From contig CAWDML010000003.1 in assembly GCA_963803435.1 (NCBI GenBank), positions 640,001-704,000 on the forward strand: a stretch of 64,000 nucleotides of DNA. Reading direction: 5' to 3'. The DNA is from an uncultured delta proteobacterium. GTDB lineage: Bacteria; Myxococcota; Kuafuiibacteriia; Kuafuiibacteriales; Kuafuiibacteriaceae. Shown in pieces: positions 50,738 through 64,000 of the stretch; the first letter of the stretch is position 1, and every line of letters begins with the position of its first letter. The notes under the pieces were generated by a model. The model was not told the origin of the DNA. It did no database searches and was given only the letters and a program-made list of their open reading frames with translations. Both the position numbers and the translations under genes were made by a program.

Positions 50738-52173
50738 GCGGCGATGACAACGATCCGGATGATCCGGCGATCCCTTCTCATCTGATCCCGCTTCTCGGCG
50801 ATCGACTGAGCGGAAGCGCCGCCGAGTCGCTGCGTTCGGTCTTGGGGAAGAAGGCGGTCGAGAAGCTGCGCACGGGCCGCGTCGGGCGGGCCATCAAGCT
50901 GTCGAGCTTCGCCATGAAGAGCGGCGGCAAGATGCTGCTCAGCAAGGTCAAGGCGGAGACGCAGAGCGCCGCGCAGATGGCGCTCGCCACGGAGATGCTG
51001 CGGACCTTCTCCGAGATGCGGGGCGTCACCATGAAGCTCGGCCAGATGCTGAGCTACCTCGATGACGCGCTCCCGCCCGAGGCGCGCAAGGTCCTGGCCG
51101 TGCTCCAGCGCGACGTCCCGCCGATGAGCTGGGACGCCGTCTCGTCTCAGGTGGAGAAGGATCTGGGCCGACGCCCGGAGGAGATCTTCCGCGAGATTGC
51201 GACGGAGCCGATGGCCGCGGCCAGCATCGGACAGGTGCACCGCGCGCTGCTCCCGGACGGCTCGCCGGTCGCCGTGAAGATCCAGTATCCCGGCATCGAA
51301 GCCGCGATGTCGGCGGACCTGAAGAACGCGCAGCTGCTCAGCCTGTTCCAGCGCATGTTCTTCTTCCGCACCGACACCAAGGCCATCATGGGAGAGCTGG
51401 AAGAGCGCTTCATGGACGAGTGCGACTATCGGAAGGAGGCCGAGTACCAGGAGGCCTACCGGGCACGGCTCGCCGGCCACCCGACGATCATCGTCCCTGA
51501 GGTACATGCGGAGTATTCGGGTCAGCGTGTCCTCACCACCACCTTCTGCGAGGGCAAGACGTTCTACCAGTGGCTCGACGACGATCCGGACGCCGAGGCA
51601 CGCAGCCGCGCGACCGCGACCTTCTACCGCTTCTATCTGGGCTCCTTCTATCTCGACGGCTTGTTCAACTGCGATCCGCACCCCGGAAACTACCTGTTCC
51701 AGAGTGACGGCCGCATCGTGTTCCTCGACTACGGTTGCTCGCGGCGCTTTCCCGAGGAGCGACGCCTCGCCTGGATCGACCTCTGCAAGACCGTGTTCGA
51801 GGACGATCGCGCGAAGCTCAAGAAGCTCGCCAGCGAGATCGGGTTCTTCAAGGACGGCGCCTCCTATGACGAGGAGGCGTTCCGGGCCCTGATGCGCTAC
51901 CTCTACCGGCCCTATCTCGAGGATCGCCCCTTCGACTTCGCCGAGCACCGCCCGGAGGACACGTTCCGGCGGATGTTCGTCGACAACCCGAACCTCTTCA
52001 AGCTGAACATGCCCGCGGACGCGGTCTTCCTGAACCGGATCGGGTTCGGGCTGGTGTCGCTCTTGGCGGAGGTCGGGTCGTCGCTCAACTGCCAGGAGTA
52101 CGCGAACAGCTACTTTCGAGGCCTCGATCCCGATTGGCCGGACGATCCATATCGCTCGAAGACCAGCAGGTAG
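50734..52173 (+). CDS. ABC1/AarF/UbiB atypical kinase
   Basis: MKLGQ, AAASIGQVH, VAVKIQYPG, ECDY, DPHPGN, LDYG. Confidence 0.9.
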   Translation: MSGDDNDPDDPAIPSHLIPLLGDRLSGSAAESLRSVLGKKAVEKLRTGRVGRAIKLSSFAMKSGGKMLLSKVKAETQSAAQMALATEMLRTFSEMRGVTMKLGQMLSYLDDALPPEARKVLAVLQRDVPPMSWDAVSSQVEKDLGRRPEEIFREIATEPMAAASIGQVHRALLPDGSPVAVKIQYPGIEAAMSADLKNAQLLSLFQRMFFFRTDTKAIMGELEERFMDECDYRKEAEYQEAYRARLAGHPTIIVPEVHAEYSGQRVLTTTFCEGKTFYQWLDDDPDAEARSRATATFYRFYLGSFYLDGLFNCDPHPGNYLFQSDGRIVFLDYGCSRRFPEERRLAWIDLCKTVFEDDRAKLKKLASEIGFFKDGASYDEEAFRALMRYLYRPYLEDRPFDFAEHRPEDTFRRMFVDNPNLFKLNMPADAVFLNRIGFGLVSLLAEVGSSLNCQEYANSYFRGLDPDWPDDPYRSKTSR

Positions 52174-52736
52174 TTGTTGGCAGGCATCTCGATCGTCTTG
52201 AGCAGCCGGAAGGAGGCCGAAGCTGCCTGCTCCACCTCGCGCACGTCCCGGAGCCCCCAACTCTCGTTCCTCGCCCGGAGCGAGGCGTCGAACGCCCGGT
52301 TGGTCGGCGCGTTGAACTCGCCGTCGAGACGATACGGCCCATAGAGGAAGAGCCGCTGCTCGTCGTCGAGGAGCCCGGCGGCCTTGTCGAGGAGGCCGAT
52401 CGTGGCGCTCCAGGGCGCGATGTGAGCCATGTTGATGCATACGATCCCACGGGTTCGGATCGGCGGCCATGCATCCTTGGTGGTGTCGAGGTCGAGCGGC
52501 GCGCGGACGTTCGAGAGCCCCGAGTGCTCGAGATACGCGAGGATGCTGATCCGGCACTCCGGATCCGGGTCGCTCGGCTGCCACATCAGATGCGGGAAAC
52601 GGCGGGCGAAGTACGTGATGTGCTGTCCGCTACCGGATGCGATCTCGAGGATCACGCCGCGCGCGGGCAGCATGCTGTCGAGCACGTCCGCGATCGGACC
52701 CTTGTTCCGGTCCGCGGCGTCGCTGATCTTCTTCAT
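52110..52736 (-). CDS. DUF938 family methyltransferase-like protein
   Basis: RNKGPI, LEIASGSGQH, WQPSD, INMAHIAPW, YGPY, MPANN. Confidence 0.88.
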   Translation of the reverse strand: MKKISDAADRNKGPIADVLDSMLPARGVILEIASGSGQHITYFARRFPHLMWQPSDPDPECRISILAYLEHSGLSNVRAPLDLDTTKDAWPPIRTRGIVCINMAHIAPWSATIGLLDKAAGLLDDEQRLFLYGPYRLDGEFNAPTNRAFDASLRARNESWGLRDVREVEQAASASFRLLKTIEMPANNYLLVFERYGSSGQSGSRPRK

Positions 52737-53101
52737 CTCCGCCTCATCTTTTGCTTGTGTTCGTCGACGAACGTGCGCACGCGAGCAAACTCGTCGAACA
52801 CCTCAGCCACCATGGCCTCGGCGCGGGCATGCTCTCCGTTTTTCATCCGTCCCTCGAGAGACGCAGCCAGCTCTCGCAGCCCGTCGGCTCCTACGTTGGC
52901 GCTGGAGCCCTTGATCGCGTGTGCGTCCTCCCGGATCTGTTTGTAGTTTCCCGCGGCCAGCGCAGCCTCGACCGAGCGAAGCTTCTCGTCGGTCTGCTCG
53001 ACGAAGATCCGCAGGAGCTCGAGCTCGACCTCGAGATCGCCTCCGGTCGTTCGCGACAGCCGCTCCAGATCCACTGGAGCATTCCCGTTCGCGGCGCTCA
53101 T
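52733..53101 (-). CDS. Stand-alone Hpt domain protein
   Basis: AHAIKGSSANVGA phospho-His motif. Confidence 0.88.
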   Translation of the reverse strand: MSAANGNAPVDLERLSRTTGGDLEVELELLRIFVEQTDEKLRSVEAALAAGNYKQIREDAHAIKGSSANVGADGLRELAASLEGRMKNGEHARAEAMVAEVFDEFARVRTFVDEHKQKMRRR

Positions 53102-53112
53102 GCGGGGCGCGA

Positions 53113-54522
53113 TCAGGATAACACGTCATCGTATGACCACGGGCGCGCCCGCTCGAGTTGACCGGCCAGCGCGAACAGCGCTCCTTCGTCCCCAAAGCGC
53201 CCCAGGAAGTGGACGCCCACCGGCAAGCGCTCCGCGGTGCGATGCAACGGAACCGACATCGCGGGCTGCCCGCTGGCGTTGGCGAGGATGGTGAACGGCG
53301 CGAACAGGGCCGCACGTGCCAGCGGATGCAGCGGATCCTCGGGGGTGGGCTTGAACTCACCCAGCGGGACCGGCGGCTCGGCCAGGACGGGGGTCACCCA
53401 GGCGTCGTAGGTGACGAGGAAGCGCGCGAGCTCCCTCCCGACGCGCTGGAGGCGGGCGATGGCGGCAAGGTACTCGACCGCACCCAGCTGCTTGCCCATC
53501 TCGGCGAGCGCCAGCGTAAAGGCTTCCATCTCTTCGACGTTGCAATCCAACTTGCGAAAAATCTCCACGTCGACGGCGGTACCTGCCGCCCACAGCGCGA
53601 TGAAGGCTCGGGAGATCTGAGCGGCGTCGAGCTTCGGGGCGGCCTCCTCGACGGTGTGACCGAGCTCCGAGAGGAGAGAGGCGGTGCGCTCGACGGCGGA
53701 CTTGCACTCGGGGTGGATCGTCGCGCCGTTGATCGCCTCGACCGAGAAGGCGATCCGGAGGCGTCGGGGATCTCGCTGCACCTCCTCCGCATAGGGTCGC
53801 CAGGGCTTCGGCGCCACGTAGGGCGCGCCCAGATCGGCGCCCTGGATCGCGTCGAGGAGCCGCGCGCTGTCGCGAACGCTGCGGGTCACCGCGTGCTCGA
53901 CGACCAGGCCGCCCATGATGTCCCCGACGTCGGGGCCGAGCGGGTTGCGCCCGCGCGTCGGCTTGAGACCGAAGACGCCGCAGCACGACGCCGGGATCCG
54001 GATCGAGCCGCCGCCGTCGTTGGCGTGCGCCATCGGCACCATTCCCGACGCCACCGCCGCCGCCGATCCGCCGCTCGATCCCCCGGTGGTGCGGGTGGTG
54101 TCCCAGGGGTTCAGGGCCGGCCCGAAGAGCTCGGGCTCGACGGTCGGCAGCAGCCCCAGCTCGCACGTGTTCGTCTTTCCCACCACCACCATGCCGGCGC
54201 GCTTGAAGCGCGTCACCAGCTCGCTATCGTGCTCGGGGACGTAGCCGCGTGCGGCCCTCGATCCCATCGACATCGGCACGCCCGCGTATGCGCTGAGGAG
54301 ATCCTTGAGGAGGAAGGGCACCCCGGTGAACGGCCCCGTGGGAAGCTCTTGCGCGGCGAGCGCGCGCGCGTGATCGAACATCGGCGTCACCACGGCGTTG
54401 AGCTGCGGGTTGAGGGCTTCGATGCGTCCGATCGCATGGTCGACCAGCTCGACTGCGGTGATCTCTTTCTTCTCGACGAGCGTCGCCAGGGCGGTCGCGT
54501 CGAGCGGGAGCAGCTCGTCCAC
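53113..54522 (-). CDS. Amidase (amidase-signature family)
   Basis: [29 protein letters not shown]. Confidence 0.92.
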   Translation of the reverse strand: MDELLPLDATALATLVEKKEITAVELVDHAIGRIEALNPQLNAVVTPMFDHARALAAQELPTGPFTGVPFLLKDLLSAYAGVPMSMGSRAARGYVPEHDSELVTRFKRAGMVVVGKTNTCELGLLPTVEPELFGPALNPWDTTRTTGGSSGGSAAAVASGMVPMAHANDGGGSIRIPASCCGVFGLKPTRGRNPLGPDVGDIMGGLVVEHAVTRSVRDSARLLDAIQGADLGAPYVAPKPWRPYAEEVQRDPRRLRIAFSVEAINGATIHPECKSAVERTASLLSELGHTVEEAAPKLDAAQISRAFIALWAAGTAVDVEIFRKLDCNVEEMEAFTLALAEMGKQLGAVEYLAAIARLQRVGRELARFLVTYDAWVTPVLAEPPVPLGEFKPTPEDPLHPLARAALFAPFTILANASGQPAMSVPLHRTAERLPVGVHFLGRFGDEGALFALAGQLERARPWSYDDVLS

Positions 54523-54566
54523 GCCCGGACCGTTCCATGCATCGATGTTGGGATCAACACGGACGC

Positions 54567-57288
54567 TCAGCCGGTGTTGCGCATCCCCTGAGCGACACCG
54601 TTGAGCGTGGTCCCCAGCGCGTTGTCGAGGAGCTCGCCGGACTCACGACCGCTCCGCTTTCGCGACAGCAAGCTGACTTGCAAGAGCGACAGCGGATCCA
54701 CGTAGGGGTTCCTGAGCGCGATCGCGGCCTCCAGCATCCGGTTGCTCTCGAGCAGCCGCCGGTGCCGGCGCACTTCCAGCACTCGGGTGACCGTCAGCTC
54801 GAACTCGGCGCGGAGCTGGGCGAACAGCGCGGCGTCGGCGCCCAGACGTTCGACGTACAGCGCTGCGATCTCGATGTCTGCCTTGGCGCAGACCATCTCG
54901 ATCTTGCCCAGCAGATCGTCGAAGAACGGCCAGTGCTCGGCCATCTCCTGCAGGAGCGCGAGCCCGCTCGGCTCGCGGGCGACGACATCGAGCGCGGTGC
55001 CCAACCCGAACCAGGAGGGCAGCATGAACCGGATCTGCGTCCAGCCGAACGTCCACGGAATGGCGCGGATGCCCTCCATGCTGCCCTTGCCGCGCTCTCG
55101 GTACGCAGGGCGCGATCCGAAGTGCACGTGGGCGAGCTCGCTCACCGGTGTGGCCTTCTGAAACAGCGCGAACAGCCGGGAGTCCTCGTGGACGAGCGCG
55201 TGGTAGCTCGGGAGCGCGAGCGCAGCCAGCCGATCCATGGTCTCGCGGTAGAGCGCGATCCGCTCGGGGGCCACCTCGGTGCGCCAGTCGAAGACGGTCG
55301 CCCAGAGCATGCCTGTGATCATGACCTCGAGCGTGCGCTCGGCGATCGGGAGGAGGCCGAACTTCTGCGAGATGACCTCGCCCTGCTCGGTGATCTTGAT
55401 CCGCCTGCGGACGGTGCCGGGGGGAAGCGCCGTGAGAGCGCGGAAGACGGGCGAGCCGCCGCCGCGACCCACAGTGCCCCCTCGGCCGTGAAAGAGCGTG
55501 AGCTCGACGCCGTGGCGATCGGCGACCTGTGTCAATCTCTCCTGCGCCTGGTAGAGCGCCCAGGAGGCGGCCACGATACCGGCGTCCTTCGCCGAGTCCG
55601 AATACCCGAGCATCACCTCCTGGTGCATCCCGCGGGCCTTCAGGTACCGCTGATAGACGCGGTTCTCGAACAGGCTTCCCATGACCGCGGGCGCAGCCTC
55701 CAGATCGCGCTCCGTCTCGAACAGCGGCACCACGTCGAGTCGAGCGAGCGGCGGTTCGCCGGCGAGGTCGATCAGCCCGGCCTCGCGCCCGAGCAAGAGG
55801 ACGCGCAAGAGGTCATCCGCCGAGCGGGTCATCGAGATCACGTACGTGCAGGCGGCGCGCTCGCCGAAGCGATCCTGGACGGTGCGGATGGTGTGAAAGA
55901 CGTCGATCGCTCGGCGCGTCGCTTCGTCGAGCGGGACGTGGGGCGCGAGCAGCGGGCGCCGGCCGGTGAGCTCGCGCTCGAGCATCGCCGTGTCGAAGCG
56001 GGGTAGGCCGATCGTCTCGGCGATCCGATCGATCGTCCGCGTGTGCACCTCCGAGTCCTCGCGTACGTCGAGTAGGCAGCCTGCGAAGCCGAGGGTCTCG
56101 ACCTCGTAGATCAAGGGGTCGATCATCGTCCGCACCGAGTGCTGGGCGTTCGCCTTCTCGAGCACCCGCTGCGTGAGGCGAAGATCGTCGAGGAGCTCGC
56201 CGGCGTTCGCGTAGGCGGCCGGCCCGGGCGCGGCACGCTGGGAGAGCCGGCCCAGGACGAAGCTGAGAAAGAGGCGCAGCGGCTCGTCGACGTCGCGGCG
56301 CCGGTTCGTCTCCCAGACGCTGGGGAGCAGCGCGCGCCCGCGCTCGATCGCGGCCCGGAGCTCGGGCGGCTCGGGGGCGATCCGGTTCGAGACCGAGAGC
56401 CGCACGATCAGATCGGTGACCTTGCGCTGGTAGTGCTCGATCAACGCGAGCGCCGAGCGCTCGGCCGCGGCCTCGGTCACCGCAGGCGTCACGAAGGGGT
56501 TGCCGTCGCGATCGCCGCCGACCCAGCTCCCGGGCGGGATGCGGAAGGAGATGTCGAGCGGCTCATCGAAGGTCTCCTCGAACGCGCGGCGGAATCCGTC
56601 GCGGACGCGCGAGGCGGCTTCGAGCAGTCGATCTTCGAGATACCAGACGACGCTGCTGACCTCGTCGAGGACGCTCGGACGATCGCGCCGCACCTCGGCG
56701 GTCAACCAGAGGAGCTCGATCTCGGAGAGGATCGCCTCCTCCAGGCGCGTCCGCTCACGCTCGGAGGCCGTCTCGCGGATCGAGCAGGGCGTCGGCCACC
56801 CGCGCCTGGAGCTCGAGCACCGTGCGGCGGGTGGCCTCGGTGGGATGCGCGGTCAGCACCGGGCGGATCTCGAGGCGGTCGAGGAGACGGCGGACCTCGT
56901 CGGCGCTGCGCCCGCTCTCGGCCAGGCGCTCGAGGGCCCAGCGCGGTGAGCCGGGCTGCGGGGCGACGCCGCGCTGCTGTTGATACGCACGCCGCCGGCG
57001 CACCCGATGGACCTGCTCCGCGGTGTTGATGAGGAAGAAGAAGAGCGTGAAGGCGCGCGCCACCCGGCTGGCCGTCTCGAGGGGGAGGGCGTCGACCTGT
57101 TCGAGGAGCGAGGAGAGCGTGGGGGCGTCGGGGGCCTCGCGACGCCGGGCACGGCACGCCACCCGCAGCGTCTCGACGGCCTCGAAGGTGGCCTCGCCCT
57201 CGACCTGCCGGATGACGCGGCCGAGACCCGAGGCGAGGAGACGGACGTCTTCGTGGAGGGGGCGATCCTCGGCCCGGACCTCGATCAT
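54567..57288 (-). CDS. ppc: Phosphoenolpyruvate carboxylase; frameshift near 56781
   Basis: VLTAHPTE in ORF 56755; WVGGDRDGNP, PLFET, MLGYSDSAKD, FHGRGGTVGRGG, RAIPW, GMRNTG in ORF 54567. Confidence 0.95.
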
Positions 57289-57325
57289 GGAGGCTGCATA
57301 CCACGAGCCGCGCGGAAGGTCGGGC

Positions 57326-58467
<1,142 letters not shown>

Positions 58468-58471
<4 letters not shown>

Positions 58472-59067
58472 CCCGTTCCTCCCAGAAAGAGGACGCGCGC
58501 GATGGCGGGCGTCCGGTCGATCGGACCCCAGAGCTCGGACTTGAGGGATCCGGTGGCGGCAGCCTTGACGAACGAGCCCGCGACCAGCTGGAGCAAGGCG
58601 TCCTGCACCGGGACGCCCTCCGGGACGACGTCGCGCCCCTGATCGCGGATGAAGCGCTCCACCAGACGGAGGAGCGGAACGCCGGCGGAGAGCAACAGCT
58701 CGTGGCCGGGGCCGCGGCCGTCGAGCACCTCCCGGAGCACGAGCCGCGCAGCGGTGGGACGGCCCTCGAGGAAGCGGACGAAGTTGGTGAGCACGGCGTC
58801 GAGCTTGGTGCCGAAGCCGCCCTCGGCCCCCAGCCCGTCGCGGATCGCGCGGCCCAGATCGATGAAGACCCGCTGCACCACGGCGCAGTAGAGCGCGTGC
58901 TTCGAGCCGAAGTGATAGAGCAGGGAGGGCCGGCTGATCCCGGCGCCCTCGGCGATCGACTGCAGCTTCGCCCCGTCGAATCCCGCCTCGGCGAACGCTT
59001 GCTCGGCGGCCGTGAGGAGCCGGTCCGAGGTCTGGACCTCGCCTTCCACCACTCTCGGCCGGGCCAT
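58468..59067 (-). CDS. TetR-family regulator
   Basis: AAEQAFAEAGFDG..LQSIAEGAGISRPSLLYHFGSK. Confidence 0.92.
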
Positions 59068-59078
59068 CGAGGATCCAG

Positions 59079-59102
59079 CTTATCTACTCGTGAGTAGATA
59101 AG
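59079..59102. promoter_or_regulatory. Palindromic TetR-type operator
   Basis: CTTATCTACTC-GT-GAGTAGATAAG with perfect 11-bp arms, 11 bp from the TetR start. Confidence 0.8.
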
Positions 59103-59146
59103 GCAAGGGGCTTGAGCCGGGTCTCGCGGCGTGCTCGGCTCGGCCG

Positions 59147-59469
59147 ATGGCGGATCTGAAGATCACGGATCACGAGGTCGGGAACGGCAAGGAGGCCGCA
59201 AACGGCAGCAAGGTGTCGGTCCACTACACCGGGACCCTGACCGACGGCTCCAAGTTCGACTCGAGCTTGGACCGGGGCGATCCCTTCGACTTCGTCCTCG
59301 GCAAGGGGATGGTGATCCCGGGATGGGAGCGCGGCATCGCCGGCATGAAGGTCGGCGGCAAGCGGCGCCTCGAGATCCCGCCAGACCTCGGCTACGGGCC
59401 GCGCGGCTTTCCGCCGGTCATCCCGCCGAACGCCACGTTGATCTTCGAGGTCGAGCTGATCGACGTGAA

Positions 59470-59473
<4 letters not shown>
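59147..59473 (+). CDS. FKBP-type peptidyl-prolyl isomerase
   Basis: [36 protein letters not shown]. Confidence 0.95.
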
Positions 59474-61684
<2,211 letters not shown>

Positions 61685-61685
61685 G

Positions 61686-62405
61686 ATGGGGGAGCGGTTT
61701 CCGGAGCTCTGGCGGGCGCTCTCCCGCGCGGCGGTGCTCGCGGGAGCGGCGTTCCTCGGCGCGGCCGGCTACGTCTACTATCTGACGATCGTCGCCTTCC
61801 CCGACCGCATCGATCGGCGCTTCGGGGCCGCGTCGCGGGAGCAGATCCTCCGGGTCGACATGGCGATGATCGCGCTCCTGGTGGTGGTGGCAGCGCTGGT
61901 CGGGTCGATCTTCGCCAAGCGCTATCGACTGGCTGGGCTGGGCACCTTCGCGGACCTCCGGCGCTCGTTGCTCTTGGTCCTCACCGCCGGCCCTGCGCTG
62001 TCGATCTTCTCGTACCTCGCCTACGGCCTGGCGATCGTGGACGTGGTGCCCGGTTACTATCCGCGGCAGGTGATCTGGGCCTTGGCGGTCGTCGCCAAGG
62101 GTGTTCTGTTCGACGAGGTCGTCGCACGATACGGAATGATGACCATCTTCGCCGGGGTCACGCCCAAGCTCTGGCTGGCCAACCTGCTCCAGGCGACGTT
62201 CTTCACCGCGATGGTGTTCAAGAGCCTCTCCTTCTACGGCTTGGCTGTGGTCTGGAACGCATACTTCTTGTCGAGCCTGGCGACGGCGTTCGGCTCGCAC
62301 CTCATCTACGGTGGTTTGTACGCGAAGCGGGGCCTCTATGCGGCGATGGCGTTGCACCTGGTGGTCGACCTCCGCTTCGTGGCCCACGCGCTCGTTTTTG
62401 GTTAG
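61686..62405 (+). CDS. CPBP/Abi-like multi-pass membrane protein
   Basis: Several TM segments; LFDEVVARYG (EExxxR-like) and AAMALH; motifs partly degenerate. Confidence 0.6.
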   Translation: MGERFPELWRALSRAAVLAGAAFLGAAGYVYYLTIVAFPDRIDRRFGAASREQILRVDMAMIALLVVVAALVGSIFAKRYRLAGLGTFADLRRSLLLVLTAGPALSIFSYLAYGLAIVDVVPGYYPRQVIWALAVVAKGVLFDEVVARYGMMTIFAGVTPKLWLANLLQATFFTAMVFKSLSFYGLAVVWNAYFLSSLATAFGSHLIYGGLYAKRGLYAAMALHLVVDLRFVAHALVFG

Positions 62406-62414
62406 TCTCGCCCG

Positions 62415-64000
62415 GTGGCGGAGCAGGAGCAGCATCGACTCGGGCAGGTGCTGGTGGAGCTCGGGCTCCTCGACGACGCCCAGCTCTCCCGGCTTCTGGA
62501 CGAGCTGACCCAGGACAGCCGTCTCGGCCAGCTCGTGGTGGAGCGTGGCCTCGTGACGGAAGACCGTCTGGTGGCCTCACTGAGCAAGCACCTGGGCCTC
62601 GAAACCATCGATCCCGAGGCGACCAAGGTTCACGGACGGGTCCTCCAGATGGTGCCTGCCGACATCGCGCGGCGACATCGCGTCATTCCGATCGCACGGA
62701 GAAAGCAGGAGGGTGAGGAGAGCCTGTTCCTCGCCACCGCGGATCCCTTCGACGCCGAGGCCGAAAAGGCGCTCTCCGAGCTGATGCCGGGCATGTCGTT
62801 CCGCTACTTCCTGTCGAGTGAGGGCCTGATCAGCGCCGCCCTCGACCGGCACTACGGCAACGGCCACTCGCGCGTGCGCACCGGTGGGAGCGCGGCGATC
62901 GAGGTCGCGCTCTCGGCTCCGATGGACGGGAGCGAGGCGGCCACGCAGCTCGGTCCGGAGCGGATCGGGCGCTACGATCTGGTCGAGCGCGTGGGTGTCG
63001 ACGCCACCGCCGAGCTGTGGCTCACCGATCAGTCGGCGGACGACGGCCGGCGTCTGGTGCTGCGGCGGCCGCTCCCGAAGCTGCCGAAGAACGAGAAGAC
63101 CAAGAAGAAGTTCTTCGGTGACGCCGAGCGGTGCATCGGCCTTCAACACCCGAACATCGTCGAGGTCCACGAGGTCGCAGCCCGCGGGACCCAGTGGTAC
63201 GTGGTCCAGGAGCAGGTCGAAGGCGCGGATTTCTCCCGCGTCCTCCACAAGGCGCGGAAGCTGAAGTTCCGGATGCCGGAGAAGGTCGCGCTCTTCGTCG
63301 CGGCCCGCATCGCGGACGCGACCGACTACGCCTACTCGACGCGCGACGCGGAGGGGCAGGCGCTCCGCCTGCTCCATCACGGCCTCTCACCGTCGGCGGT
63401 GCTGGTGAGCGACGACGGTCGGGTCAAGGTCCAGGGGTTCGGCCTCGAGGACGCCGCCGTGGTGAAGCGGTCCGAACACGCGGCCCCCGAGCAGGTCGAG
63501 GGTGGCACAGTCGACGAGCGCACCGTCGTGTTCCGGGCCGGTCTCATCCTCTACGAGCTCCTGACCGGAGTGCCGCTGTTCGAGGAGGGCACCGCCGCCG
63601 ACGAGATGGAGAAGACGCTCGCGCAGGTGGGCCGCCAGCTCCGCCAGCACTGCCCCGAGGTCTCGGCGGAGCTGGAGAAGCTGGTCACCCGCGCGCTGGC
63701 ATTCGCGAGAGAGCAGCGGTTCCCGAGCGCGCGTGAGCTGGGGATCGCGCTCGAGTCGCTCCTCGGCGCCGATCCGAATCATCGGTTGCCCGCCGAGCTC
63801 CGCCGCTTCGTCGAGAGCGTGAACGGCAGCGCCGAGGACTCGCGCGAGTTTCCGCGCGTCCGCGAGGAGATCGTCCCCGGGCTGCGCGGCGCCAGCGTGA
63901 CAGTGGAGAAGCTGGTCGATCGGGCTGCGCCTCAACTCAAGGAGATGAGCCGCAAGAGCGGCGAGCAGATGGCGCACTGGCTCGAGCGATTCGGCGCGTG
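62415..64000 (+). CDS. MshEN/T2SSE_N domain fused to a Ser/Thr pseudokinase; open to the window's right edge
   Basis: Not in the ORF track. Manual translation from GTG 62415: RLGQVLVELGLL..RLGQLVVERGLV, ARRHRVIP, ATADP, then IGRYDLVERVG, LQHPNIV, LHHGLSPSAVLV, VKVQGFG, APEQ. Confidence 0.85.
   Translation, partial: MAEQEQHRLGQVLVELGLLDDAQLSRLLDELTQDSRLGQLVVERGLVTEDRLVASLSKHLGLETIDPEATKVHGRVLQMVPADIARRHRVIPIARRKQEGEESLFLATADPFDAEAEKALSELMPGMSFRYFLSSEGLISAALDRHYGNGHSRVRTGGSAAIEVALSAPMDGSEAATQLGPERIGRYDLVERVGVDATAELWLTDQSADDGRRLVLRRPLPKLPKNEKTKKKFFGDAERCIGLQHPNIVEVHEVAARGTQWYVVQEQVEGADFSRVLHKARKLKFRMPEKVALFVAARIADATDYAYSTRDAEGQALRLLHHGLSPSAVLVSDDGRVKVQGFGLEDAAVVKRSEHAAPEQVEGGTVDERTVVFRAGLILYELLTGVPLFEEGTAADEMEKTLAQVGRQLRQHCPEVSAELEKLVTRALAFAREQRFPSARELGIALESLLGADPNHRLPAELRRFVESVNGSAEDSREFPRVREEIVPGLRGASVTVEKLVDRAAPQLKEMSRKSGEQMAHWLERFGA

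Noticed and set aside
49171-52173. 1000-aa ORF suggesting a giant ABC1 kinase
   Set aside because: The first ~520 aa are Arg-rich off-frame read-through over the LuxR and MFS genes; the real start is ATG 50734.
54567-57288. ppc, argH, malic enzyme and helicase as pseudogenes or programmed frameshifts
   Set aside because: No slippery heptamers seen, motifs are intact and indels are scattered window-wide; sequencing error is more parsimonious.
61686-62405. CPBP/Abi protein plus helicase as an anti-phage system
   Set aside because: CPBP is a membrane protease-like family, the helicase resembles housekeeping HelY, and there is no defence-island context.

Overview
High-GC bacterial chromosomal window, probably Myxococcota (a TIGR04551-like beta-barrel, eukaryotic-like Ser/Thr kinases, mevalonate-linked menaquinone genes). 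It holds about 58 CDS. I see no rRNA, tRNA, CRISPR array or mobile element. Housekeeping blocks are argH-(small lipoprotein)-lysA-dapA-dapB, rsfS, malic enzyme, a 10-gene isoprenoid/shikimate/menaquinone operon divergent from a GbsR-like regulator, hemH, ptrB, ppc, FKBP and a Ski2/HelY-like helicase. More than a dozen single-base indels break otherwise intact genes, so they are probably consensus errors rather than pseudogenes. Best leads: (1) an orphan, catalytically remodelled RiPP-tailoring-like pair at 15.7-18.8 kb, made of an arginase-fold protein whose two Mn-B-specific ligands are both Arg and a JmjC protein fused to a degenerate aKG-HExxH-like domain; (2) an MshEN (c-di-GMP-binding)-pseudokinase fusion at the right edge that the ORF track misses; (3) an HTH-citrate synthase / citrate synthase divergent pair with a 9-bp-phased operator array; (4) a LytTR operon with a readable binding site, driving a ferritin-like protein and a degenerate SDR; (5) an unannotated LptM/LppL-like lipoprotein and a probable ATA start for rsfS. 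All family calls come from reading motifs by eye; no database search was run.
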